DNA of 64,000 bases from Macrostomum hystrix. Lineage: Eukaryota; Animalia; Platyhelminthes. This document shows positions 13,012 to 42,750 of this stretch, one piece after another. Positions within the stretch are counted from its first letter, which is position 1. Every line of letters begins with the position of its first letter. The stretch covers positions 868,001 through 932,000 of the forward strand of contig CATNEN010000033.1 of assembly GCA_950097015.1 (NCBI GenBank), read 5' to 3'. The notes under the pieces are model-generated. The model was not told the origin of the DNA and did no database searches. It was given only the letters and a program-made list of their open reading frames with translations. The translations under genes and the position numbers were made by a program.

Positions 13012-15385
13012 ATGAAAAAACTATTTCTTCAGCCAGAGCGCGGTTTCGCACTGCTCTCCGTTCTCAACACCAGACGACGTCGGGACGCTTCGCAGACGCC
13101 GCCGTTGACGTCACCGCTGGACGCCGGACAGCTCTTCGTCGTCGCGGAGCCCGCGGCCACGCCGACAGCTGGCGACCGTCAAGACGCCCTGGTTGGTCAT
13201 CTGCGCGAACGAGTCGACGCTCTGGCGGGCCTCTTGGAAGAGGAGCGCCGGCGTCGGCGGGCGGAAGTTGCTGCGCTGTCAACTGATGCGGCGGAGGCAC
13301 TGGCGCGCCAAGCCCAAATGCAGGAGGCGGAGGCGGCTGAACTGGCGATGCGTCAGCGAGACGAACTGGCTCGAATCGTCGAGAATAATGCCCAGATGGT
13401 AGGGAATCCGAAATTTCACCAAAGCCCCTGAACTTGAATCCCCCGCGAGGCCACATTAATTTTGGAGCAGCTGCAGAGAAAAGGCTTGTAGGGCTTGTTT
13501 TGCAATTAGAGCTCACAATCAAGTCACAGTCAGTGCGTAGACGATTGACAGTGAAAAAGTCCGCACACGTGGCAACGTAGTGTTACATTTTAAGTGCCGC
13601 AAAGTGTAGTGTCAGAGAGTATTCGAGCTAGCTACCTTTAAAACTACAGTGGGCCAGTGCATTTTCTGACCAAGTTACGTCACACCCCACCAGCTGCAGG
13701 AGGCGGCCAGTCGTCGGCGAGAGTCGCTCCGCAAGCTCGAATCCAGAATCGAATACCTGGACGGCAGGATTTCACACCTTTGTACAGGCCAGCGGGCGTC
13801 GATTCGAAGCGCTCTGGTCGGAGCATGCAACTCAACTTTCAGCTGACTGCGAGGCTGTCACCGCGCGGCTTGTTGAATCAGCTGCTGTCAAGACGGCTCG
13901 CGAGACGGTCGAGCGGCTGGCAGAGCTGCGTGCCCGAAATGCGGCGTCCACAGAGCGCCTGCGCCGGTGTCAGGCAGAGGAAATGACCGAGGCGCGAGAG
14001 GCGCGGGCAAAGGACGAGGCCACGCTGCAGCGACTGGAGGCTACTAGCGAGCAAGTCAAGGTGGGATTTGAGGATCTGACATTCGCCACACTCAATGAAC
14101 TCACCACATCCTCAATGAACTCACCATATCCTCAATGAACTCACCACATCCTCAATGAACTCACCACATCCTCAATGAACTCACCACATCCTCAATGAAC
14201 TCACCACACTCAATGAACTCACCACATCCTCAATGAACTCACCACATCCTCAATGAACTCACCACATCCTCAATGAACTCACCACATCCTCAATGAACTC
14301 ACCAAATCCTCAATGAACTTACCACACTCAATGAACGAACTCACCTTGAGTTACTTGACTTAGCTGCAGGGCGGTCCGAAGACACAGCGATGAGGTGGGA
14401 GTCGCCCATGTCGCTAATCCCTGAAGACCCGCTCAGGCGATGGCGCGGGGCCTGTCAGGGAGGTCAGCAGGTCCTCTCTGCAGCGTGTTCTTATGGGAAG
14501 AAATCAGTTCGTCTGGTAGCCCGCAGTAATCGGACGATCCGTGGGATGTTCTCGGGTCTGCAAACACCATCAATGGATGGGTTTGGACCGAGGCAGCAGA
14601 GCCGGTCTCTGTTAAGGGCAGGCAATGGCAGACGAAGTGCTGGGCATCTTCGTTCTCAAGGCCACAGAGATGGCAGAGCTCACTCCGATGGCAGACCCGC
14701 AAAGGAAACAGTGCCTGGCAAAGCAGCCGTGACCAGTGAAGGTCATAGATAAGGCCCGAATATCCTACCAGTTTTGGTTCAGGAGGATGTTTCTGAGCCT
14801 CCTGGAGGGGCGCGGGACAGCCGCTCTAGATTGGCGGCAGTTTGGGGTGTTGGCCCAACGGTCCCATATGCATGTAGGTTGCATTTGCCCATGCAGTTAT
14901 TAATCTGGCGATTTATGACAGTGGTTGGGATGGCCCGGCGAGGGTCACATGAAAGAGCTCTGCCTCCTTGTTTGGAAATGCCGTCAGCGTGCTCTTTTTG
15001 GGAGTGTTTGGTTCAAATTTTTCGACCCGTATTATGAAATTTTATGTACTATTGTTAGAAAATTGAAGGTAAGGTCATGTACGATCGAGCGAATCCTCTG
15101 AGTGTCTAAAATACGAGTATTAAATAATTCATCACCCGCCTACAGGAGCGGCAATCCCAGCTTCAATCGCTGCGCCGTCAGCTGGAGTCTAGAGCTCGCG
15201 AACTTCGCGAGGCCCGACGCCAGCTTGCCGAGGCTCAGTCGGAGCTGCAGGCGGCGCAGTCTGCCGCAGCAGTCGAGGGCGCCGACTCCGCAGCCGGGCG
15301 TCTGGCAGAAGTCGAGGCGGCCTGGCAGGAGCGACTAACTCGGCAGCGACGTGAGCTAGAGGAGCTTCGCCAAGCCTGCGAGGAG
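13012..15385 (+). CDS. uncharacterised long coiled-coil protein (3' end uncertain; one apparent +1 frameshift)
   Basis: Exons 13012-13398, 13694-14060 (367 nt, one extra base at ~13787) and 15146-15385, all at phase-0 GT-AG boundaries. Ala/Glu/Arg/Leu-rich heptad composition throughout. Confidence 0.7.
14086..14345 (+). repeat. 20-bp minisatellite (CTCAATGAACTCACCACATC), ~12 copies
   Basis: Direct reading of the tandem units; intronic. Confidence 0.95.
14345..15010 (-). mobile_element. 5'-truncated non-LTR retrotransposon (RNase-H-bearing I/R1/LOA-like), ORF2 C-terminus, decayed
   Basis: Minus strand: EHADGISKQGG (end of RNase H), RWANTPNCRQSRAAVPRP...DIRALSMTFTGHGCFARH, then after a frameshift CHLCGLENEDAQHFVCHC (C-terminal CCHC knuckle). 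Contains a stop codon and frameshifts. Confidence 0.75.
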
Positions 15386-16384
15386 GTAGGCGTCCAAATT
15401 CCACCGCCGCCGAGTTTTGAAGGGCCGAACGCGACGCCGAGACAGAGACGAGCGAGCTTCCCCGCTTCGTCTTTAGAATGTCGCAAATAGATGCGTGACT
15501 TCACCAGCGATTGGTTTTAACAGATAAGCTTGGGTACTCAATGAACTCAATGAACGCCAGTCACCTGAGCTTGGAGTACCCCTGCTTGAGAGGTCCAACG
15601 AGCCTTTTTAAGTGCGCATCGCCTCAGAGAATTCTGGTCTATATTATTTTTATCTCTTTGTTGACATCCATCTAATGTCCAGCTACATTTAGAGCATGAA
15701 TGTACATTTGATTAGACAGTGTAAGCCGGTGCCTCGTTAAAGTCTACCCGCCAAAGTGTCCACCTCACACCGCGCCTTTATGTGACGCTTGGTGTACATT
15801 GCCCCGGAATGAACGGATTGTCTATGGCTCCATCAAAATTTCTACCCCATCAGCACACCCACCTCACGCCGCCAAGCCTGTCCTCCTACTAGCGAGCTCC
15901 AGTTTGTGTCGCTTTTTATGTTTTGACATAATTTTGACTAGCAGATTTAACTTCAGTTCTCAAAAGTGCTTCATGTCCTCATTTGTAGCTTTTTTAAACG
16001 GAATGTAACGTAACTATTTTTTTCCTAAATCGAGTTAAATCGAATAACCTAGCAGATTATTCTATTGCCTTTCTTGAAATCTCGAATGTGCTTACGAGTA
16101 CATTTTTATTTGATGCTCAAATATTGTAGAAATAGTGTAACTATCAGATCTTATAATGTTCTTAGACTTTCTATTGCAAATCGAAAGAACCAAAAAGGTA
16201 CGCTTTCTCGTAGCATTTCTGTTAACTTTGCTTCATTCGCAACAAATTTTTGTCACTCTTCCCATAAAAAGCAGTTTAGTTTTCGTAGCTTTTTCATTCC
16301 CACCGTGTCGCGTGCTGCCGCTTTCAGGTGGTTTATTTTCATTTTCTCACAGATGCGTTTTTGCCCTACTCTGTTCCAATATTT

Positions 16385-16398
16385 GTTGCCATGGCAAC
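16385..16398. promoter_or_regulatory. perfect palindromic RFX X-box GTTGCCATGGCAAC
   Basis: Exact 14-bp consensus palindrome; function not demonstrable from sequence. Confidence 0.45.
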
Positions 16399-16624
16399 CG
16401 TGATCCGAGATACACGCTGCTCACTTCCTCATTGCGAAATGTTTTGTATTTGAAAGTCTCTATTGGACTTAATGGCTTTGCTCTGAGCATAAATACACCC
16501 TTAGCAAACAGCTTTTGTAGTAATTTTCTCTTGCAGTCGCTTTTAGAAGCAAACGGAGACTGCGTGATGTTCTTTTATCAGATAATTTATACTCAACCAA
16601 AACTTGTGATTCAGCACTCAATCG

Positions 16625-16733
16625 GCGTCGCCCACCGTCGCCTACCGTCGCCCACCGTAGCCTACCGTCGCCTACCGTCGCCTACCGTCGCCCACCGTCA
16701 TCCACCGTCATCCACCGTCATCCACCGTCGCCC
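16625..16733 (+). repeat. 10-bp repeat (CGTCGCCTAC / CGTCATCCAC variants)
   Basis: About 10 tandem units. Confidence 0.85.
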
Positions 16734-16930
16734 AGGGTCGTCCATTATCGCCTACAGCCGACCAATGACCCCTAAAAGCTTTAACTGGTTCATGAGCTGG
16801 ACTATTATGTCAAGCCAGATAAATAGGTTCAACCATATTATTATGAAGCATTGAGTTCTCTCTGGAGAGCCTTAGCTGTAGTGTTCTGTGGAAGCATCAG
16901 AGGTTCACAACTTTGAGTTCGCGTGACTAG

Positions 16931-19900
16931 GAGTTCAGAGTCAACTCAAGCGGAGAGTCCGAATTCGCGACTTCCGGGTACAATGCTCCGCCCATCCTGC
17001 TGGCGACCCAGCTCACACACCTGCCCGGCTCCACCCCGGTAACTCCTCGCACTTCCTATCGGTGTGCAAGAGGAAGCGGCGACGCTATCGCCTGACTGAA
17101 CAAGCTCAACTAGAATCCTATTTTCAGCGCTCAATGGGCGTTAACAATGCTCCATCATTGACACTGGCGAGGAGCTCAAATATATCAAACTCTCTCAATA
17201 CATCTTTGAGTCTCCACTAACTCCAGCTGGATCCACATGACACCACTCGGGCTTCAGTTAGTCACTGGCCCTTCAGCCCCTGTTTCCTGTGTCCTTACAC
17301 CCGGTACTTCAGGTTCTCTTGTGTCCTTACACCCGGTACTTCAGGTTCTCTTGTGTCCTTACACCCGGTACTTCAGGTTCTCTTGTGTCCTTACACCCGG
17401 TACTTCAGGTTCTCTTGTGTCCTTACACCCGGTACTTCAGGTTCTCTTGTGTCCTTACACCCGGTACTTCAGGGTCTCCTGTGCCTAGTTGAGTTTAGTT
17501 CGGGTTTCCATGGGCGGACAACTTCCAGGAGAAAGTAATCTTTAGAGGCTTAGCTTTATCGGTCCAATCAGGCACAATGTGTCTGCCCTGGTAGTCCACA
17601 AAGGGCCGCGTCATTAACAACCAGCTGCGGCAGCTTGGCCTTCCAAGTTTGAAACTTCCTGGATTTTTTCCTATTTTTCTCGCTCACACAAACTCAAGCA
17701 AGGGCCTTTCATTGAATCTTCCACACCGGAAGCCTGTGGCGAGTGAGAGATTGTGAATTTGACATAATCTGAGATGCGAAGGCCCAGAAGAGGTGGGCCC
17801 ATTGTGCCGCGGACTGCATGGGAAGTGGATTGTCGTGTTGGTCTTTGGCGCCAAGTTGGTTGGGGGTGGCGTCCTGGAACACCAGACTGTTCTCAGGTTG
17901 AGCTCCGAAATTCTTTTATCTCCTCACAAGAGCTGTTCCCACCAACAACACCCTGGCCTCGCACACACACCCAGCTTATCCTGCTTCAAATAATTCTTTG
18001 GCGAGTCAGAGCGCGAACACAGCTGCTGTGACAAGGGTGGACCAAAAAATAGTTCCGCTCTCGGTTAGATCATGGCTTTTGAGATGCAAAAACTATCCCC
18101 ATAACCGATTTTTCTGATTTTCTAATTTCCAATGATCATTTTGGTGTCCCCACAAAACTCCCATTTTCCGGACTGGCTGTCCCGAAAATACACTGGGCAG
18201 ATAGGAAATTCTAACGCACCGCTTGAAAAAAAATCAATGGCTTTTCACATTCAGCGTCTTTTCAAAGCTGAAAAAACAATAATCTTCAAGAAAACAAACT
18301 GACAGACAGATCTAAATCAGTTGAAACTCACTTGTAACAGTCTCCAGTACAACTTACCCAGTTATATCAGTGGACTCAAAACGATATCTTATGCCACCCT
18401 TCGCCAGAGTTTGCAACGTATCGCCGGCCTTGTTTATTGGTCTCGCAGGCTTCCAAGGTGGCACGCTAACCCCCCGCCAAAGATTTGGAAAAAAAAGAGA
18501 TGAAAGACTCTGGTAGGACAGGTCGGAAATGCTGCCTCCCCAACGAATGCAGTGCCGTTGGGAGCCTGAAAGACTGCCAACCGCACACAAAGGGACCCGT
18601 GTGTGTCCCGGTGCCCATCCAGCTCCTTGGATCCGACTTCCACAAGTCGTAAGTCATGTCACCGGAGTTCCCTCCACCCGTTTCTCCCTCCCTCCCCTAC
18701 CCCTTACCTGTCTCTGCCGCCAGCCTTCTTGCGATACAAATTCTGACAATCTCGGTGAGGCCGTGCGGGAGCTGACGGAGGCGCTTTTGCATTTCTCTGG
18801 CATCTGGCATCTCTGTCTCTTAGTTGAGGGCCGCAGCAGAGCTTTACTCAGCAAAAAGGTGAGCAGCTCATTGATTGCTTTGAAACTAATGCACGCTCAT
18901 ATAGATTGTTTCTGTTCAAATTCAATTTCGTCGTCTCTTCCCGTTACCTATCACTCACACTTCGAAAAGTCTGCGTCGAAACTCGATCGGAATTATTTCG
19001 CGATAGCAGTAAAATCGATCGATAATCTATGGCAATTACTAGAAATTCGATCGATAATCTATTGCGTTAACTGAAACTTCGATCGATAATCTATGGCAAT
19101 TACTGGAAAAACGATCGATAATCTAAGACGTTAACAGAGGGTGAGTGGCAGAGCTGGTCTAACGTGTTTGCCTCTAGCACCAAGGTCCCTGAGCTCGATT
19201 CCGCGACGAGGCCACATTCATTTGGGGCGCAGTGGCGGAGAGAAGGTTTGGGAGCTTGTCTTGCAATTTGCGCCCTTGAGGCCCAACCTCCAAGGCAGAG
19301 TGAAAGACAAAGTGCACGCTGCTTGACGATGAGAAAGTCAGGGCAGATGTACACACCTGCGTGAGCTACACACAATCGATATTCCAATTTAGAGATCCAA
19401 ATAATCTATCTATTTTTAGATTAACAGAAAAATAGACATGTCCATATACATGCAGATCTGACTCGATCGGTATTCTGTGGCGTAAATGATAACCTCAATC
19501 GATATTCTGTGTCGTAACTGATAAACACGATCGATATTCTGCAGCGTAACTGATAAACTCGATCGATATTCTGCAGCGTAAATGATAAACTCGATCGATA
19601 TTCTGTGTCGTAACTGATAAACTCGATCGATATTCTGTGGCGTAAATGATAACCTCGATCGATATTCTGTGTCGTAACTGATAAACACGATCGATATTCT
19701 GCAGCGTAACTGATAAACTCGATCGATATTCTGTGTCGTAACTGATAAACTCGATCGATATTCTGTGTCGTAAATGATAAACTCGATCGATATTCTGTGT
19801 CGTAACTGATAAACACGATCGATATTCTGCAGCGTAACTGATAAACTCGATCGATATTCTGTGTCGTAAGTGAGAAACTCGATCGATAATCCTGGCTAAT

Positions 19901-19976
19901 GGCCAATTTTTTTATCTTCTGATTTATTAAGCGCTCGCACAAGGCCAAATCATATCTGCGAAGTGAAGATGCTTGA
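16931..19976 (+). CDS. putative multi-exon uncharacterised coding region (continuation of the coiled-coil gene or a separate gene)
   Basis: Phase-consistent chain 17625-17742, 17774-17896, 17931-18027, 18341-18457, 18522-18648, 18724-18858, 19932-19976 (TGA). Candidate upstream exons 16931-17038 and 17071-17139. No domain recognised. Confidence 0.45.
17287..17482 (+). repeat. 32-bp minisatellite (GTGTCCTTACACCCGGTACTTCAGGTTCTCTT), 6 copies
   Basis: Near-identical tandem units. Confidence 0.95.
19010..19890 (+). repeat. ~32-bp ATCGAT-core minisatellite in two blocks (19010-19135, 19455-19890) separated by a SINE
   Basis: Units CGATCGATAATCTATGGCAATTACT... (left block) and TCGATCGATATTCTGTGTCGTAACTGATAAAC (right block). 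Confidence 0.85.
19141..19375 (+). mobile_element. tRNA-derived SINE
   Basis: A-box-like TGGCAGAGCTGG (~19146) and B-box-like GAGCTCGATTCC (19191-19202). The body GCGGAGAGAAGG...GCCCTTGAGG(G)CCAACCTCCAA...GAGAAAGTCAGGGCAGATGTACAC is shared with the inverted copy at 43.2-43.4 kb. Confidence 0.7.
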
Positions 19977-20354
19977 ATTGGCAGCCAGCCATTTTGGGCA
20001 AACCAAATCTAAAAAGCTGTCAATCACTGTCTTCTCAAGCATTCGTTGCACAAGAAGAATTGAAAGCCTGGAACAGTTTTAACATACGCGAATTTGCTTC
20101 AACTTATCCTAAATCCAAACTAGCTCGTAGTATTCGTTTTACTGGTCTTATTTACGGACGAAAATGTAATCTTGCTCAAAATAGACAAACGGTACGTATA
20201 ATGCAGAATTGTCGAAATTTCCAAAAACTTTTTATAAACAACATTACTTCTAGTAGTAGGAAAGCAGAATCAAAGAGACAACAAGTATTCAAGTATCAAG
20301 TCTCAAGTATTGACAGCGGAGAGAGGACACGGATAATTTCCAGAGGGGGGAGCT

Positions 20355-21128
20355 AGATAAAGGAGAGATGAGACAAAGGAGAGATGAGACAGGGGAGAGA
20401 TGAGACAGGGGCGAGATGAGACAGCGGCGAGATGAGACAGGGGATAAAGGAGACAGGGGCGAGATGAGACAGGGGATAAAGGAGACGGGGCGAGATGAGA
20501 CAGGAGATGGGGAGGTGAGACAAGGGAGGGGTGAGACTGGGGATAGGTGAGACAGGGGAGAGGTGAGACAGGGGAGAGGTGAGACAGGGGATAAAGGAGA
20601 CAGGGGAGTGATGAGAAAGTGGAGATATGAGACAGGGAGAGGTGAGACAGGGGATAAAGGAGACAGGGGCGAGATGAGACAGGGGATAAAGAAGACAGGG
20701 TGATGAGAAAGTGGAGATATGAGACAGGGAGAGGTGAGACAGGGGCGAGGTGAGACATGGGCGAGATGAGACAGGGGATAAAGGAGACAGGGGCGAGATG
20801 AGACAGGGGATAAAGGAGACAGGGGCGAGATGAGACAGGAGATGGGGAGGTGAGACAAGGGAGGGGTGAGACTGGGGATAGGTGAGACAGGGGAGAGGTG
20901 AGACAGGGGAGAGGTGAGACAGGGGAGAGTTGAGACTGGGGAAAGGTGAGACAGGGGAGAGATGAGACAGGGGAGAGGTGAGACAGGGGAGAGGTGAGAC
21001 AGGGGAGAGGTGAGACAGGGGAGAGGTGAGACAGGGGAGAGGTGAGACAGGGGAGAGGTGAGACAGGGGAGAGGTGAGACAGGGGAGAGGTGAGACAGGG
21101 GAGAGGTGAGACAGGGGAGAGGTGAGAC
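20355..21128 (+). repeat. purine-rich ~16-bp minisatellite (GAGGTGAGACAGGGGA)
   Basis: Tandem units; a related array in the opposite orientation lies at 41060-41330. Confidence 0.95.
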
Positions 21129-22609
21129 GATAGTTCATCATTTATACAAAAAGTAGATTGTTGCAAAATATTCTATCCTATTTTCCTCCCTCATGTCTTG
21201 AAGAGGATTCTCTTTAAGAGCTCGAGCGATTCCCCTTATCGAAAAATCGTTTGCTTTACATCTCGCATGATCGTGTTCAACCTTTCAGCTTTCCCAAAGG
21301 GATTAGCTCATTGGAATTCGGCTAGGACAAGGCCAGGTGAGAGCGGAGGTCACTAGGGGGAGGCAGTGACGTAGACGCCGCATCTTTCATCGCTGGAGAG
21401 GGGATGTTGGGAATATCTCGTTATCCGGGGTCTCTCTTTAATGAAGCCGACGGACTTCTAGAAAAGTGCAGAGAGAGAGAGAGGCGCGGAGTTGAGACAG
21501 CGCTGCTCGGGCCACGAGCTAGTTCATTGTCTGTTCTCTAGTGGCGGTAGGAGACGCCTTGAGCAGAGCTAATCCGTGGGCTAGTCCTAGCTAGTGTAGC
21601 TGATCCAGCATATCTTATAACTGTGTGGCCCTCCCTGTAATTCTATGAATTCCAATTTTTCTTTGGTCCCGAATTATTTTTTTCTCTCTTGTAGCTCCTT
21701 GTGAGGACAGACGAGGAAGTCAGCATGGCCTGGGGGTGCAAATTTTGCTGCATCTCCAACGGAGGGAGGCCAGGGTTGCAGGCAAAATGGATACTAGTTT
21801 ACTGAAGGAGGACGCAGGGCAAGGAAGGGTTGACTTGGGGAGTAGTTTGGTAGTACTGCGCCGCTGAGGGGTTGGGATCAGAGCATGCAGGAACAAACAA
21901 ATATCCCCTACGCTAACAATCCTACATTCAGCAGCTACCAGGAAAAAAACCTGGAACTGAGGTGGCACCCGCCTCAGTGGCTGCAGCTGGTCTCAAGGGC
22001 CCGTGTGTTGGGAGGCTGGGCGAGGACCAGAGGCCAAGTTTTTTTTGTCGCCGGGAAGAAAATTGTTAGAGGAGAAATTTTCTGCCTGTCTTCTGATCCC
22101 AAGCAGGGTGAGGAGGTTGGGCTGAGGTTTCGGCTGAGAAGTTCTGAAAGCGTGTCCGGCCGCCATCTCAAATGTCGCAGTTGCTATGCAGTTGCCTACA
22201 GGAATGGCCTGAATTCTTGCCACTGCTGCAGCATATACCAAGAGTCCGCTCACATTTCTGCCAACCATCTCCCAGTCCGAGAGGCCCCGCTTATTCGCCC
22301 ATCCGTGGACTGGCTGTGCAGGAAGGGACAGAAGCAGAACAGAAGCGCTGGGATATATAGTCCGCTGAACTAGTCAGTGTCCTGGGGTGGGTGCAATACC
22401 TCGCAGCGGGGCAGCAGGCAAGTGGCCCGATTGCTAAAAATTCGATTTAAAACAGCACAATCAGAATAGGTCGTAGATCAGATAGCAAGAGAAATGAAAT
22501 GTTAGAGAAAGTAACAGGGAGGCGTGCATTGAACATCAATGACCTTCAGCTGTCATAAGGGAAGCAGCAGCAGCAGCAGCAGCAGCGGAAGCAAAACTGT
22601 TGAAATCGC

Positions 22610-40910
<18,301 letters not shown>

Positions 40911-41059
40911 AAAAAAATATGCGCTCCTCCATTGTCTCCAGGCAAACGTGGTGTAGCCCAGTCCAATATCCTAAAAATTAAATATGTGTGTGGTGTCCGT
41001 TACTATGCAAACATTCTTATCGGCTAGGGTGGCAGCTTAGCTCCTTAAAACACATGTTC

Positions 41060-41330
41060 CCCATTGTCTCATCTCTCCCGTGTCTCATCTCTCCCGTGTC
41101 TCATCTCTACCGTGTCTCATCTCTCCCACGTCTCATCTCTCCCACGTCTCATCTCTCCCACGTCTCATCTCTCCCACGTCTCATCTCTCCCACGTCTCAT
41201 CTCTCCCACGTCTCATCTCTCCCACATCTCATCTCTCCCACATCTCATCTCTCCCACGTCTCATCTCTCCCACGTCTCATCTCTCCCACGTCTCATCTCT
41301 CCCACGTCTCATCTTTCCCGTGTCTTATCT
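41060..41330 (+). repeat. 16-bp minisatellite (CGTCTCATCTCTCCCA)
   Basis: Lies just 3' of the DAT stop codon; reverse complement resembles the 20355 array. Confidence 0.95.
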
Positions 41331-42404
41331 CCCTTCTGTGAATCTGGCCCACTGCCGACTTTTGGGCAAGGGCAGCGAACACGACATTGGGCCGAAAAAA
41401 ATAGTTGAAAACAGAACGAGGTGGATATTTTTTCATCGTTTGTTGACATAAGAGAAACCCTTCTGATGAATAATTGGTAATTCTCAGTTACTCGTATTCT
41501 AAAGATGGTTTTTGCATACATTTATCTGAATTTTAAGCCTAGCAACACGAGACTCTGACGGGTGGCATAATTTTCGTTGTTATTGTTGTTTACTTACAAG
41601 GAAATTGTTTTATAGCATCTACAAACTCATATTTCTTTTTTTATTACCTTTTTGATATTTTCTAATACCAGATTTTACAGACATTCTAGTTAAACACATT
41701 ATCAAATAGCTTTTTCTGTGATTTCCTGATGTTGTCCACATACTTACTACTTACATTAGTATAGTTATGTTCCAATACATTGTGTTTCTGAGACTTTATC
41801 ATATTCCCGGCTGGCTTTATTCGTAAATGAACAGGCAGATGTATAAAGTGCGGCGTGCTGTACTTTTAGGATATTTTTTATTTCGTGTGCAAATAGTCAA
41901 GCGTCTGCGCTGTATTTCCATTTTTTACAGGCATTCAAATTTCATTTTAAGCACTAATTTCAAATTTCATCTCTCCACCTCATGCGTGTTTGTGTGATTT
42001 CTACACCTAAATTAATATATGTGCTTATATTTTTGCCTGTTTTGTACATCTCACATTTAAAATTATGATAAAATAAATATTATTAATACTTTTTTACTAA
42101 CTAATAGTTTGAAACTAGCCCAAAAATATCGATTATATAGCTTATTCATAGCGGTCTAGCCACCTTGATAGATTTTACGTGCTTAAAAATGCGCCAGTTA
42201 GACTAGGGCGATTTTCTCCTAGAGGTGCGATTCTGATTAAGGAAAATGTTTTCTTCTGAACTTTTAAACAAAGCAAACTTGAAATATATTACGAACTATA
42301 GGCGAAATATTGTTCATTTAAAGTTTAGAATAATTGTGAAGTTCTTTTGCGACAAGAGCCAATGCTCTTATTGTTCTTTTTTTCTGATCGCGATTCAAAA
42401 GATC

Positions 42405-42535
42405 GGAATCTCGTCCCCTCAATGTACATCAACCAGGCCTCTCTCCGATGCCAAAATCTCGTCCCCTTAATGTACATCAACCAGGCCTCTCTCCGATGCC
42501 GAAATCTCGTCCGTTCAACGTACATCAACCAGGGC
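42405..42535 (+). repeat. 48-bp tandem repeat, ~2.7 copies
   Basis: AATCTCGTCCCCTCAATGTACATCAACCAGGCCTCTCTCCGATGCC.. starting at 42407, 42455 and 42503. Confidence 0.85.
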
Positions 42536-42750
42536 CCTCTATGCTTTTCAAGATATGGTGTCACAATTTCGTGTGGGATGATTTGTCCATTTGTCTATGG
42601 TACGAATGAACTTGAGACGCGGCTATGCTTTGTCCGACGGATTTCTGTTAGCGTTTATCAAGAAGAGACTACGAGCGTATTTGTTGAATGCGATAAAAGA
42701 AACTGAATAAACTAGTCAAGCAATCGCGCGAGTTTTTTAAACAAGAAGCA

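Noticed and set aside
17500-18030. Minus-strand fragments vaguely like a Gypsy RT (…KNPGSFKLG…FVDYQGRHIVPD…)
   Set aside because: No YxDD motif or continuous alignment; the plus-strand spliced model explains the region better.
19141-19215. Functional tRNA gene
   Set aside because: The B-box is degenerate, no closed cloverleaf is evident, and the sequence continues into a body shared with other dispersed copies, so it is a SINE head.
21200-22450. GC-richer stretch with several 60-160 aa ORFs upstream of DAT
   Set aside because: No recognisable domain, LTR pair, PBS or consistent splice chain; left unannotated.
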